The translations under genes were made by a program, and so were the position numbers. 44,612 nt of DNA from Atractiella rhizophila (lineage: Eukaryota): positions 33,184-77,795 of the forward strand of contig MU271380.1 of NCBI GenBank assembly GCA_021432655.1. The letters run 5' to 3'. The notes beneath the pieces were generated by a model. It saw only the letters and a program-made list of their open reading frames with translations, had not been told where the DNA came from and made no database searches. Shown piece after piece: positions 10,820 to 23,699 of the stretch (its first letter is position 1; the number at the start of each line of letters is the position of its first letter).

Positions 10820-13800
10820 ATGAATCATTTCGGCGGAACGAACAACAATCAAAACTTCGACCTGTCTTCCCTCCTCGCAGGAGCATCTAACAATCCTGCT
10901 CCTCAAGCTCCATCGACTTCTAATCCCCTCACCAATCCCAACTTGCTTGGGCAATTCCAAACGCAACAAAGGCAGATGGCGCTCACCATGATGATGCAAC
11001 GAGCCCAGCAAAGCGGACTGTCGAATGCAGATATGGGGTCATTGATGCAACGTGCTCAGCAAAATGCGCTAACGAGCTCTGACATGAATGGCCTCCTCAG
11101 GATGATGGGGCAAGGGGCGAACCAGGGGGGTGGAGGAGGAGGAAATGCAGGAGCTGGTTTGGGTGGAGGGCAGCAACAGATGACGAATAACCCTCAAAAC
11201 GCGATGTTTCAAGCCTTGAATCGCCAACAACAGTCAAATGCCCCTCCTCTCAATCAGGATCAGATCAATGCCCTCACAGCTTTGGGTGCCATGCCGAGTG
11301 GCGAGAACAAGTTTCCGAATCTCAACAGCGGAGGCAACAATTTTCCACATCCGCCTCAAAATCGCCAAAACGATAATTTCCTCAACAACCTTCTCTCTGG
11401 TGCTTCCTTGAACTCGCAACCGCCGCCTCAACAACATCAGAACAAGCCCCCGCTCGCGAATCAACAACAACTCACATATATCTTAGGACTTGCCAAGGAG
11501 GGGAAGTTGACTAAAGAACAAGCACAGAGTTTGGCCGAGAGGTTGAAGAGTACTGGAGGCGGTCAGAACTTCGCAAACAACATAGCTCAAGCGCTGTCAG
11601 GAATGGGGAGCAACAATTTCCTCAATCCCACTGCCACTCTTCCTCCATCGTCGAGTCCCTTACTGTCCAACGCAAATCCTTCGTCGACGGGTTTGGGAGG
11701 CAATAAGTAGGTCTTGTCAATTGAATGCTCGATAATTTGCGCTAATTAAATTTGTAGTCTGGGACTGGGCGGCGCGAATCTTTCTCCTCAGCCCCAAAAC
11801 CATAACCTGCCGAACAAGCAACACCTCCATCTCAGGGCTATGCAGTTGGAAAAGGCGTTACAATCTGGACAGGTCGACTTGCAGGGCGGATCGCGTCCGC
11901 TTAGCCAAGAAGAAAAGACCGTCCTCGGCAACCAACTTCATGAGATCAGGAAAGTGCTGATGGGGGGAATGAACGTTGGAGATATACCGACCAATAACCA
12001 GAACACGATGTCGATGCTTCTCGGAAGGCAGAACAACGAGACCTCCCAGGCAGCCGCCGCTTTGGGTATCGGTACGAGCGCTTTCGATAGACTCAAAGCT
12101 CCTGGCTCTTCAAGCAGTCCCTCACAGGCTAAAATCAACCTGCCTGGTCAATCCAACCCTCTCAATTTCTCGTCCTTGACCCAACCTGCCTCTTCCAATC
12201 CTCTACCCGAGATTCCGATGAAGCTCTTTCAGACCCAGCTGCGTCCAGACACATTTCTGCGGGCTCTACAAGATATGATGAAGAACAGGAATACTCCCAT
12301 CACCGGAGATCCCTTCATCGATGGGAAGAGGATTGATCTCTTCGGTTTGTTTCAGGCGGTCCTGACGCACGGTGGTTCCCTCTCTACCACGCAGAAGAAT
12401 CAGTGGCCAACAGTTGCGCAGGCAGTAGGCTTGCAGATCAATCCTTCCGACCCTCAACGCTCCATGCAAACCGTCAATCAAGTCAAGACTCTGTACACAA
12501 GCATGCTGAACCCTTTTGAGGAGCTTTGGCTCAAGGCGATTACCAAACAGCGACAGCAGCTGCGAGATAATCCAGACTCCATCCGCCTCCCCAACAACTC
12601 TCAATCTCCTCCAGCTCCTACTACGTCTAACATGCCGCTCAATCTCGGCCATCAGAATCCATCGATGCTCACCCAACAGTTCTCAGGTGGACCTACCCAA
12701 GCCGAGCTGGAGTTGATGAAGGTACCGGAATCGGCCAGTCCGTACAAAGCAACTACCATTCCCGCTGCCAAAGCGTCCGTTGATGCGATAAAGGCCAAGT
12801 TAGATGAAAACGGTCGTGAGTTTCCTTCTTCAGACAAGATCCACATCTGACTTTGATGAACAGCGAGATTGAAAGTTATCGATAATTTGAATCCGATGCA
12901 GAAGGAACAGATCCGACGCACAATTCCGTTGCTGAAAAATGACTTACAGCGATGTATCAAAATCCTACCCAACTTTCTTCAAATGTCTGGTGACATGATG
13001 GCCACGCATAAACTCCTACTCATGGTGCGCCCCGTCATGCTTCTCAAGTCGTGTGACACCGTTGTGTTAACTCAAAATTAGATCCGGATGTTCGAAGACC
13101 AAGAAATTCAACTGAAGAACGAGCAGTTCCTCCTTACTCCTGCTGATCTGGACAAACTGAAGTCTCAAATCGAACGCTGCTTGGAGTTCGTCAATGGAAA
13201 GTCTAATAACACTGCAGACGCGAGCAAGGCGGCCAGCACGGAGAATACCGAGTTTGCAAAGAACATCAACCCTGGCACTCGCATGGAAGATCTCAAACAA
13301 CCACCTGCGAAACGCGCCCGTCACAGTACCGACGGACCTGCTGCGAGCCCTGAACAAGAATCGTCGACATCCCCCAATACGAAAATCCCGAGGAAGAACT
13401 CAGGCAGAGGCGGGAAAGCTGTTCGAGGGAAAGGTGTAAAGGTAGGGAAAGGGGACTTCGCGAAGAATGTCGACCAGGTGAAGAAAGAGTTGGGAGGAGC
13501 GTCAGCCTCTCCGCCCACCGGCGCAGATGTCAACGTGAACGCTGGCGGGTCTTCGGAAACGGCGACAGCTGGACCATCTATGAGCGCTCCGAATCAGTCC
13601 ACCTCTAAGCCACCTTCTATCGAAGATACTGATAACATTTGGCAGAACTTAGCTGCTACGACTTCGCTCGCCGGAGGATCGACGTCTCTTGCTGACGAAG
13701 TCGCGTCGACAATTCGTTCGGACCTGAAGGGAACGCTCGATTTCAATCTCGAACTATCGATTCCACCAGTCATTCCTGGAGCTGATAAGAAGGCCCCTCC

Positions 13801-14245
13801 TCTGGCAGCCACCTCGTCGTCAATCATCGAGCCTTTTAAGGCTCTGGGTGCTCCTGCGCCAGAACTTTCTTTCCCCGGTCTCGAAGGCGATACGTCCGGC
13901 CCTCTTGACATTGACTTCCTAATAGATCCATCGGCTTTTGGAGGCGAAGACGAGGCAACGCCGGACCTAGTTGGTGGCTTGAATGGGACAAAGTCGACAG
14001 AAACGTCGCCTCAATCAGACGGTGATGATGAGATGCTCAAGTTACTGAAGGAAAGTGGGTTCAATGCACCTACCGATAGTTCCCTCACGGATTCGGATAC
14101 CGAAGCTCAGCTTCTTCAGTACGAGAAGATGTTCGGTGCGGACTCGGCCAAGTTCATGAGCGACAATTTGGACGATATTTCAGCCCTATTCAACACTGAA
14201 GGAACGAATCTGCCCGATTTCAGTTGGCCACTTTCCATGTCCTGA
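10820..14245 (+). CDS. Q/N/G-rich ARID (BRIGHT) domain protein with a Med15/Gal11-like C-terminal region; 4 exons
   Basis: Exons 10820-11706, 11758-12815, 12864-13024 and 13082-14245 join in frame. ARID signature: FLRALQDMMKNRNTPI...IDGKRIDLFGLFQAVLTHGG...QWPTVAQAVG...LYTSMLNPFE. The Med15 resemblance comes from recalled motifs and is less certain. Confidence 0.8.
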
Positions 14246-15048
14246 ATCCGTTTAGGGAACCATTTGCTCCGTATCGTTACTTAGTGTGTACCTCCTTTTA
14301 TTAGTTTCTCACGGCTGTGCTACTACGTACTTATGCTTTTCTTTGGGTATGACCTTTTGGAAATCTGAAATTAGTTATGTTGGTCATATGATATGGTAAA
14401 TGAAGTGAAGCTGCAGCGCATGAGTCCAAATTTTATGATACATATATGTGTGTCGTCCTCAGTCAAAAGTTCCTACCCCTAGCAATCTCGTTTGCTGTCT
14501 TTCAAATTTACTTCATGAGTGACAACTGACACTTTGACTCTCCCCCTTCATCGAAACTTTCTTGCTTCCTGTCCTCCCTTGGGTCTCGCAGAGGCCTTGT
14601 TCGTGTCGTCCTCTTCTCTTCAAAGTCTTCTACCATTTGGCGCCCTTTGTTTCTGCTCTACAGTGCCTCTACTGAGCTTGACGCGAGTGTTCATCTCTTC
14701 GCTCGTTTCAATGATGGAGAAGTATGAAGCAGTTCTACTGTAATACTTTGGATCGTCTACTACTCATCTTATATTAATACCAGGCTGCAATATCGACCTC
14801 TCCATTACATTGCTTCTCCATCGGTTCCTATTTCTTGACATAAGTAACGCCTGCACGCAACATTATTATGACGACCTAAAGTGTTCACTATTTTACAGAG
14901 CAAAGCCTAGTTTCCAGCACATAGGATCACGAGTCTGTCACATCAAGCGAGATAGAGGGGGCTTTACGACAGAGGGGCAGAAGGTTACATAGGAAAAATG
15001 TCAGTTCAGCACACATCACCCTTGATGACAAGAGCAGCCTGTGGTGGA

Positions 15049-15575
15049 CTACGGCCCTCTTTGCGATTTCGTCCGCTCAATCCAGCTTCGAATCGCCTCA
15101 GCACGCTGCTCTCCATTCTGGCGGGGAGGTAATGTGCTAATAGCCTGCAGCCAACGGGCTTGATTATTGTATATCTCTTCTAACTGTTCTATTAGTCATC
15201 ATCAGCCAAGGGAGATGTTGTGTTCACGCGATAGGAGTGCATACGGATTCGAATTTCGAGTCTTGCGATCCGCGACTCTTCGGTTTCCTCACTTGGACCC
15301 TGCAGGGCAGCGGAACCTATGACTGTTTGACTTCCCCCTGGTTGAAGCCCCCGAGCGATCTGTTCCGCCGTCCTAACGCAATGATCGCAAAGGCGAGCCT
15401 GCAACGACCTGACGACAGAATTTGAGTGGTTAGATGGCACAGATGAGTTCGTTATAGGTCCTCTGCACGCTGAAGAGCATCCATGAGTTTTGAAAGACAG
15501 ACTATGGCACAAACCTTGGCAAATCATGATGGGCTGTTTCACGTCTTGTGGCAAACGTTGGCGTTCTGTAGACAT
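15049..15575 (-). CDS. Small protein (or relic) with CxxC-x25-CxxC and a coiled coil related to the Zn2Cys6 genes at 33.8/36.3 kb
   Basis: Removing introns 15470-15514 and 15189-15244 gives MSTERQ...MICQACRG...RLCDHCVRTAEQ...ESRIARLEIRI|QQLEEIY...QRGP*. Confidence 0.5.
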
Positions 15576-17244
15576 ATTCTGTTGCCGTTGCAAATGATGC
15601 CGTTAAAAAGCATAGTGGAGCGCGGAAGGAGACAAGGATGGTCACCTTGGATAGGTCGTTCCGGCAATGTATCGATGGATCGAGTGGTTCAATTAAGAAC
15701 AAGAGGAGATAAAAGGCGGGCCGAATTAGACAATGTGTCTTCTAACTTGTCGCTCCACAAGCCTCCACTTATCAAGGATCATTACGGTCTCCCACCAGTT
15801 CATCGACGGTCAGCAGGGTTATTGAGCTCTGGGCCGGGGAATCTCGAATACTGGAGGGTTCAGCCGACAACACAACTTTTGGCATGAAGAACCGGGAATG
15901 CAGAAGTGGAAGCGATTGTCCTTAGAACGAGATTCGGAATACCCGAGCGTTACCTGGACAGTAAGTAAGACGCTTTCCGAGCTCATCGCGTGCAAGCGAG
16001 TTTCTAAGCCCATCCCGAGAAAGAGGTGAACGACCGAAGTCGAAATCGCTGACATGGTGAAAGCAAAAGGGTGGTTATTCATCATAAGGACGGACGGTTG
16101 TTCTGACGAGTTAAGCTCAAGCCTTGATAAAAACCGCCCGTCGCTCAGCGACGAATTGGCGACGTGCTGCCATTGTCAGAGCGCGCCGACGAAGGACGTC
16201 GCTGAACCAATCATGGACAATAAAATAGGAGACGCCATGATGGATCAGTTCAGCGAGCCCGTGGAACCGGAAGGTGGTAACTTTTGCACCACCCGCTGCT
16301 CGGTGCACGGACAGGTCACCGATCAGCGCAAGATCTCCTGCCTCTTCGTTTCGTGGTGGGTAAAATAGATGAGTGGCAAAAGATAGATCTGCCGGAAAGC
16401 TGTCGTGTTCGATAAAGATAAATATTGCTCGTCATTTTCCTAAACGCGTCTCCCAGAGACATTAATTGTATCATCACGTCACACATATTCATGGCTAATT
16501 TCTCATCCTTAGGTCGCTAGCACCACACCACCGCGAGCACCATGGACTCCTCATGACCGAGACTGCGCATCCTCTTGCATTAACAGTATTACCCTGTTAT
16601 ACTGTTATAAATGAGATGCACAACCTCAACAGTAGATTCGGATTTTGCACAGCACAGACAGCCAAAGTTACGGCGCCAAAGACGAATGAAAGGATAGGAA
16701 ATCTCTCGTTCTCCATCCTCAGGGCGCCCAGACAGCAGCAACCGAAGGTCAATATTCGCTCATATTGGAATACAGAACAAACATTAACGCTCTAAGTGAA
16801 GTTCAATAGCCACTTGGCCGGTAAGGAGTGCTTGACGAGAAATTCCACCGTCTGTAGATACGGGCCCCATATTCAGGAAAGCAAGGAAAAGCGTGAACGC
16901 AGAGCCAGAGGCAAACCCATGACGAACACGTCCAATTACCCCCGAGACGGATCCAAGCTCTATGTCTGAGGCTGAGTTTTCCAGCACCCACTTTCGAAAT
17001 TGCCAGAGGTTGTATTTCCCGAAGATAGGTGGATGTGGAATGAGACCGACGCACATTTTGAACAGAGGTGTGGCAAGATCCGGCACAGTGCACTGAAAGC
17101 ACGCATCATGCGTAGTTATCGATAGGACAGAGCAGTTATTAACGGCAGAGTATGAGTGATGGTGTCAGAGAGGCAAGGAGGAAATGACTAAGGGCCACTA
17201 CAATCAAGCCGTATAAATGAATGCTGCAATCTTGCAGTAAGAAA

Positions 17245-17326
17245 GCGGGAGTAGCGCAGTCGGTAGCGCGCAAGCTTCACATTGTGGGAACGCTTGAGGC
17301 CCTGGGTTCGAGCCCCAGTTTCCGTA
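17245..17326 (+). tRNA. tRNA-Val(CAC) with a 9 nt intron (17282-17290)
   Basis: Cloverleaf: acceptor GCGGGAG/TTTCCGT, D-stem GCGC/GCGC, anticodon stem CAAGC/GCTTG, loop TT-CAC-A^C, T-arm CTGGG-TTCGAGC-CCCAG, discriminator A73. The intron is at the canonical 37/38 position. Confidence 0.9.
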
Positions 17327-17328
17327 TA

Positions 17329-17333
17329 TTTTT
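17329..17333 (+). terminator. Pol III oligo-dT terminator of the tRNA
   Basis: Run of five T starting 3 nt after the discriminator base. Confidence 0.7.
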
Positions 17334-19074
17334 GCTGATGTTTTTCTTCCTTACTTGTACACCCCCGTCTCTACTTGCTTCACTCTCAATTGCATTGTAA
17401 TTGATTACAACATTTTGCCCCAAGCAGCCGATGTGCTTGCTAACCCCATATGTAGTAGCTTTTAATATTAAGTCCAGCGAACCTTTGTCTGTTGTCACTC
17501 ATTCATCCATTGCCAGAATTCGTGGCCAAGGGATAACGAGGTTACTACTATCTCTTGCAGACGCTGGTTAGACCCTGTTTTTAACCAGGGACTGGACCGC
17601 TGACTTCGCCAATTTTGGGCTCTTTGGGTACGTGCAAGGTAGGTTCAACCCTTATTGCATTGCTTAGGCACTTCGTAGGTATAATAGGACACTTGAGCCT
17701 GCATATGTTTGTGACACTTTTGCATGTTTTTCTTGACTGCTTCTGTAGTGTCTCAACAAGTCGCTAAAAGCCTAAAACAGCTTGTAGCAAGAGTCTTGTA
17801 TATCAAGCGCGAGTACTTTCCCAGGGTCGATGAGGTGAGTTTTTTAAGAGGCAAGCATAATGAATGATAGCCGCAATGGATCACGATGTTTAAGGAGTGC
17901 AATAGTACAACTTATCTTGCTGCTGAATTTTGTAAGGAGACGCTCCTAATGGGTCGTCATTATAAACTGTTCCACTCTACTAAGTCACAACAGATATCGC
18001 AGACAATGTAACCATTGTTCCATGAGCCGCCCAGAAATGACAGCGTGACGTAGTGTAGAACAGAGATAGCGATAGTGAAGTGCACTAGGGCTACCTAGAG
18101 ATACCAAATCATGCGATGCCCGCCGCTTTATCTAATATTCCATGCCATTCCAGCTCCTTAGCAGGTTCGTAGTTTTGGTCATGTTTGACAGAAATTGGGT
18201 TAGGCTTGTTTTGGGATGCATCAACGACATCATCAATTGTTCTTCATCCTCTTCTCCGAACCAACTTCCAATCTCCCCCTTCCTCTGTAAGGGGAGAACC
18301 TCCAACCCCATAGAATCCTACTTCACGACCAGTCTACAGTACACCAGGGGCGAGACTCCGGTTTTATAATATCAGGGGAGGTGGACCTACCGAATTTTAA
18401 ACTTTTGAGGAGTTAGACACTGATCGGAGGAAATAATGTACGTTCTTCTTTCTTCTCTGAACGTCTGCTGTGGATGAGAGTATAAAGAGGTGTTTTGTGA
18501 AGTCCACAACGCTTTAAAGGAAAGGACGGTGCAGATAACAATCTTCTTCCTGCATTATCTTGCAGCGATTTGAAGGAATTATGTCCACATCCAGCTGGTG
18601 TTCTTGAGCTACTACATATCTGCTAGCCAAAGATATTCGCAGACTCATTTCGACAGAAGAATAAGTTCGCAGTATACCTGACGGCCCTTATTTCGTGTCT
18701 CTTAGCATTACTTTGCTTTGGAATTGAGGGTCGAGCTACCCTGAGCTGATTGCGGCGTGATCACTTGGAGGCGGGCCGTTTGTTAGAGTGTAGATCGATG
18801 TGTGCTCCAACCTATTCCAACCAGTGTACTCTGGAGATAGTAACTGGAGACCCATGATCAGATATGCGAATGCGGGGTTGAAGCGATATGTAGTGACCGA
18901 TCGGTTTTTACTGACTTGGTATTGACAGTGTCATCGATCCGCCCGTTCTCAACAACAACGCTACCCACTACATCTATCGTTCTCTCACTCCCTTCTCCAA
19001 ACATCTATCGCCATCCATCAACTCAGGCTGGCTCGCGGCGAACGCGACCATAGGCGTTAACGCAGCGGTATCAT

Positions 19075-22000
19075 ATGGAACGACCCTCCAATCTGCTCTC
19101 GCTAGCAAAACATGGCTCCATCGCATCTTCTTCTTCACTCGCTCCCTCCATCTCTGTCATCCCTTCCAGCAACATCGTAACCCCACCAAGGCGTCCTGCG
19201 CTCCCAACAGCCATCCCCTCTCCATCGCTCCACGTAGATTTCCTCTCCCCATCTCCAGCCTACTCCTCCTCCTCCGATTCCTCCGTCGACGCCCTCGAGT
19301 TCCTCGCTGCTACCACCGCCACCGCTGGATACAGATCCATATTTCCCCTGTCGTCAGGGGTCCATGCAGGGGTACAACATCCTGGGATCGATCGGAGAGT
19401 GACCGATATACCGATGGTGATCGAAAGGGAAGAGAGAAAGATGAACGAGACGGCGGTCGGAGGAAGGGATGTGGATGCAGAGGCGGCCATTAGAAGCGCT
19501 AGCATGCCCGAGATCCCTGTTGCTTTGGATCTGGATGTGAACGGCCAGCAAATGGAGATTGAGACACTCGACAACATTCCCGAGCTGCCAACGCTACCGA
19601 CGTCTATCCAGCCTCACCCTGCGGCGAAAAGCTACGTTCCAAAGAAAAGCTCAAAGTTGGCGTTGAAGAGGGATACGATTGAGGAGACGACCTCTAGTGA
19701 GGAGGGTCTACCCATTCCAACGACGGTAAAGCGCGTGACCAAGAAAAAGAGCTCGAAGGTGGGAATGCGGAGAGAGACAGTGGAGGAGAAGAAGACAACG
19801 GAGGACGCGGCGACGTCTCAGCCAGTGGGAAGGACGCATCTCCCGAAGAAAAGCTCAAAGCTGACTCTGCGAAGGGAGACGGACGAGACGTCCCCGACGA
19901 TGGACGATCCACCGACCACGAAAATGTTCACGAAGAAGTCGTCAAAGCTGGCGTTGAGAAGGGATGGTAGTAAGAGCAGTGCGGTGGAGGCGGCGGATGA
20001 TACCCCAACAAAGAAGAGTGTACGAGAGAAGGAGAAGGAGAAGAGTAACGAGGTCTCCACCCCGACAAAGCTAATCAGGGCTGCATCCCTGTCGGCAAAG
20101 GAGAAGCAGAAACCGGACGACGACAGTACGCCAACGAAGACACGTCCAAAGCCTAAAGCCAACGCTTCGTTGTTAGACGATGACGAGGCAAGAGGGTGTA
20201 CTATTCCTGATCTGATCTCCAGTTCGCCTACGGACTATAACCAAGAGACAATCGGGAAGCGGAAGGGAGCGCTCAAGCTCGGTCTCGTGCCTATCCAGAC
20301 GAAAACAGCCCACCTCCCAATCCCCTTCCCTTCCTCAGAGCCACCGTTTACGAGAGCTATCAGCAGCCCTACGAAAGAATCGTTTGGAGACATATTACCT
20401 TCGCCAACAGTCAGCGCGAGGCCTGCGTTCACGGAAACAGACGCGCAGAGTAAGGGGTCGATCAAGATTCCTAGGAGTGACGAGACAAGAAAGATGACTG
20501 CGGTTGACTTGCTGGAGCAGCTGAACAGTGAATTGCCGCCGCTCTCTCCAGCGTCCTTGCCCAGCCCAACGGAAAGGATCCACCCAGACCTCGCGTCCCT
20601 TTCCCCTCCCGAGTACAACACGTCCATCCCTATTAACTTGTCTTCATCGGCTCCCGGAAGGACTTCGTTCACAGCATATTCTGATGAAGATCCATTGACG
20701 GATTCCGATCTTGGGGATCTGGAGGAAGAGTTTGGGGATGGAATCGAGGATATCGAAGAAGAAGAGGACCCCGATCTTTCCCCGCTCTTCTTTGCGCTCA
20801 GCCAATCAAAGTCTCCCGTCCTTCAGGAAGCCTGGGATTATGCTCGCATGATCCTCATCCCTCCTAAACGATCTCTACCCAGTGAAGTTTCGGATCTGGC
20901 GAAGCAGTTAGGTGGATCGACGTCTACATCTCTCTTGAGAGAAAAGGACGACGATCTGGAACGGACGGAGGCGTGGATTGCGATGCATGCCTTCGCAAGA
21001 GCGAGCGCATCTGAACAGCAAGAGAAAGTGATGTGGAATGGATTCGTGGGAAAACTCCCTTCCTATTTTCGAAACGGCAAATCGGCAAGAATGGAGGCTA
21101 TCAAGTATAAAGCAAGCCGCAAACTTGATGTTCGACTCCTTGCCTCTGCGAAGGAATCCCCTGCAGATATTTCCTCCGCCGCTCCAGCCTCGCCCAATCT
21201 TAAACACTTGCCTTCCATCAGCTCCCTTGTAGCAGCTGAGAAGAAATCTCACTCGCGTCCTCCCTCAGAGGACGTTGCACTTGCAACTTGGCGAACCGTG
21301 GATATCGTGAATGAACTACCCATGGCATGGTCAGCAACCCCTGCTCAGGCGGAATCGGCGGAGAAGGAGAAAGAGAAAGTAAAGAAGGAGGAGAAGAAGT
21401 CAGTCTCATTCCGACCATTGAAATGGATGCGAAGGGGGTCATCGAAGAGTAGTGATAAGGAGAAGAAGAAGAAGGAGTTCTCCAAAGTCAAAACAGCAAA
21501 AGGGAAATCGGTTCTCCTCGTTGGCGTCGATGGCCCTGTTCTCGACTGGTTTTACGATCCAAGACCAGATCAATATTCCCACTCCAGCTTCTCCGTCAAT
21601 CTCCCATCTCAGATGGCAACAGTCGATTCTCTGTCGCAGTCGGTTCGGACAAGAGCTTCGAGCATCAAATACCTGAAGGATAGGAAAAGGACAAAGAGTC
21701 GGCTCAGCACGTCTTCAAGACGGTCCTTAGTGCATTTCGCGCCCTATGAAGGTGGGAACAGCAGAAACCCGAAGCCTTCAAAGTGAGCCATACTATCTCA
21801 TTTACTCCATTGCTAACGGATCGCCGCAGGAGTATGCTGTATCTCCTTGAACTACCAGACGATCGCAAATGTGTCTGCATTGAACAAATCTTCAAACTCA
21901 ACGAGTGTTACGCAGCATCTCCTCGCCAAGCCTTGGATGACTATGAGACTGTATATCTCGATATTCGTAAACGCCTGATTTATCCTGCGTTGAGGACTCT

Positions 22001-23699
22001 AGGAGATGATATTGGCCGTGCTATGGAGATAGTTGTCGAAGAGTAAGTGTGACTCAATTAGAGCCACTTCGTGCTCATTTGTCTGGAAAGTGTCTTCCTA
22101 GGCATCATATACGATAAGCTGTACACAAATTCGTTCAAGCTACTATGGGAGAAGCAAGATCACCAGCTCAACACCGTCACTGACTCCTACCGTCAACAAA
22201 ACAAGACAGACTTGCTGGATCGTTTTCATTGCCGAATTGAAGATGCGGAAGCTCTCACACCTGCTTGTCACATCCTCGCCAGCATCGATGGATTCGACGA
22301 GGACGCGGAGTGGGAGATCTCCCATGTCGCTTCTTTGTTAGACCGTCTTTTTCCAGGAACCACTTTTGCTTCGGAGTACTCCAAGCTTGCACGATTCAGC
22401 CGCACTCCTCAACAAGTGCTTGCTGTCATGGGGCTCACGGTCGAAGCCATATCTCACGCCGTTGGAGAAAGCAAACTGGGTGGAGAAGAGCTGGCAGGGC
22501 TAGTCGCCTACGTGGTTATTCAGTCGGGTGTGAAGGATTTCTACAGTCTGCTCAATTATACCAGACGCTTCACCCACTTCCAAAGGGCTCTGCATGAAGG
22601 TCACATCCAGTGCGTGATTGTCTCTTTGTCAGGGCGCTTCTAATTGTTTGTCGTTAGCTATTTGCTCGCAACTTTCGACATCGTCCTCGATGACCTCATC
22701 AGCAACCGATCTGACAAATCCATTACCGCCGAAAGCTCCCCAGAGGGAGACGAAGCTCCTTTGCACGATGCACCAGTCTACCGTAAACGCTATTGCAACT
22801 CTATTGCTGAGACCAATTCAGGCAAAGTTAGCTTCTCATCTCGCTTCAACAAATCGGACCTTGCACTCGTGAGCGGAAGTCAGGCTCGAGATGCTTTGAC
22901 ACGAGCTCTTTCCTCCTCTCGACCCTCCCCAGATCTCCCTCCGCCGTCTTCACCTTCGATGGACATGCGGAGAGGCGCGAGTGATGGTCCTGGACATGCC
23001 AAACGCGTGAGCTTTGACGCCTGGTCACTCTGGGGAGCAAGTTCTCCTCAGCGATCTCTGACTCCTTCGAGCACGATGGATAATACGGAAGATGGCAGCT
23101 GGATAGGTTGGGGACGTAAACGATGGTCCATGACCTCAAATGCCGCGCCTCACTCTCCATACTCACCTTCAACCCCCGCCTCCCCTGAGATTCCTCCACT
23201 AGAGGACAAATCAGCCCCTCAGAATCGCAATAGGCGTAATTCAGAATCTGCGGCCAACCTGCTCAACTCCCGATTAGTGTCTGGGCACTCTCAAGCTGCT
23301 AGCGATCCAACTCCGGCCGTGGTCATCGAGAGAGCCAAGAGACCTCGACCAAAGTCTATTATTTCTTTATCTTCGGTTGCGCCGAATGTGTATCCGCCTT
23401 CGCCCAACTCAATGAGCTCCTCTAGATCTGGTCATAGATCGATGAGGTCACAACATGGCCCCACTGGTCTGCGTCGCGAGGTCTTTGCTGTTGAAAGCGC
23501 TCCACTCCCCCCTAAACTGGACCATTCGATGGCTATCGCCCTTCCAGATGAGATTGACGCCGACCTCCTTGCTCCGTCACCAGAGCCCGGAATGCACCTT
23601 CAGTCAGGTGTTACAAGCGCATCTTCGTCTCCTTTTTTCATGGATACCCGATTGTTGTCCCCACCTCTTCCCGAAGGAAGTTCATCTTCGGCATCATGA
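19075..23699 (+). CDS. Large S/P/K-rich protein with a divergent VPS9 (Rab5-family GEF)-like domain; 4 exons
   Basis: Exons 19075-21782, 21830-22042, 22091-22609 and 22658-23699 (boundaries approximate) join in frame. RTPQQVLAVM...LGGEELAGLVAYVVIQSG...SLLNYTRRF...EGHIHYLLATF follows the VPS9 pattern (P..kl..l / gaDdllP.l.yvvi / l.y..rF / Ge..Y.l.t). Confidence 0.75.
19630..19970 (+). repeat. Four degenerate coding repeats of KKSSK-L/V-x-L/M-K/R-R-D/E
   Basis: KKSSKLALKRD, KKSSKVGMRRE, KKSSKLTLRRE and KKSSKLALRRD, spaced about 29-34 codons apart. Confidence 0.85.

Noticed and set aside
15600..17100. Short ORFs and coding-like composition between the small Cys gene and the tRNA (also 17500-19000 and 28100-29400)
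   Set aside because: No recognisable domain, consistent splice model or terminal repeats.
17270..17296. Reading the tRNA as a UCA (opal suppressor/Sec) tRNA
   Set aside because: The stem CAAGC/GCTTG fixes the loop register at TT-CAC-A. The short variable arm and A73 fit Val, not Sec.
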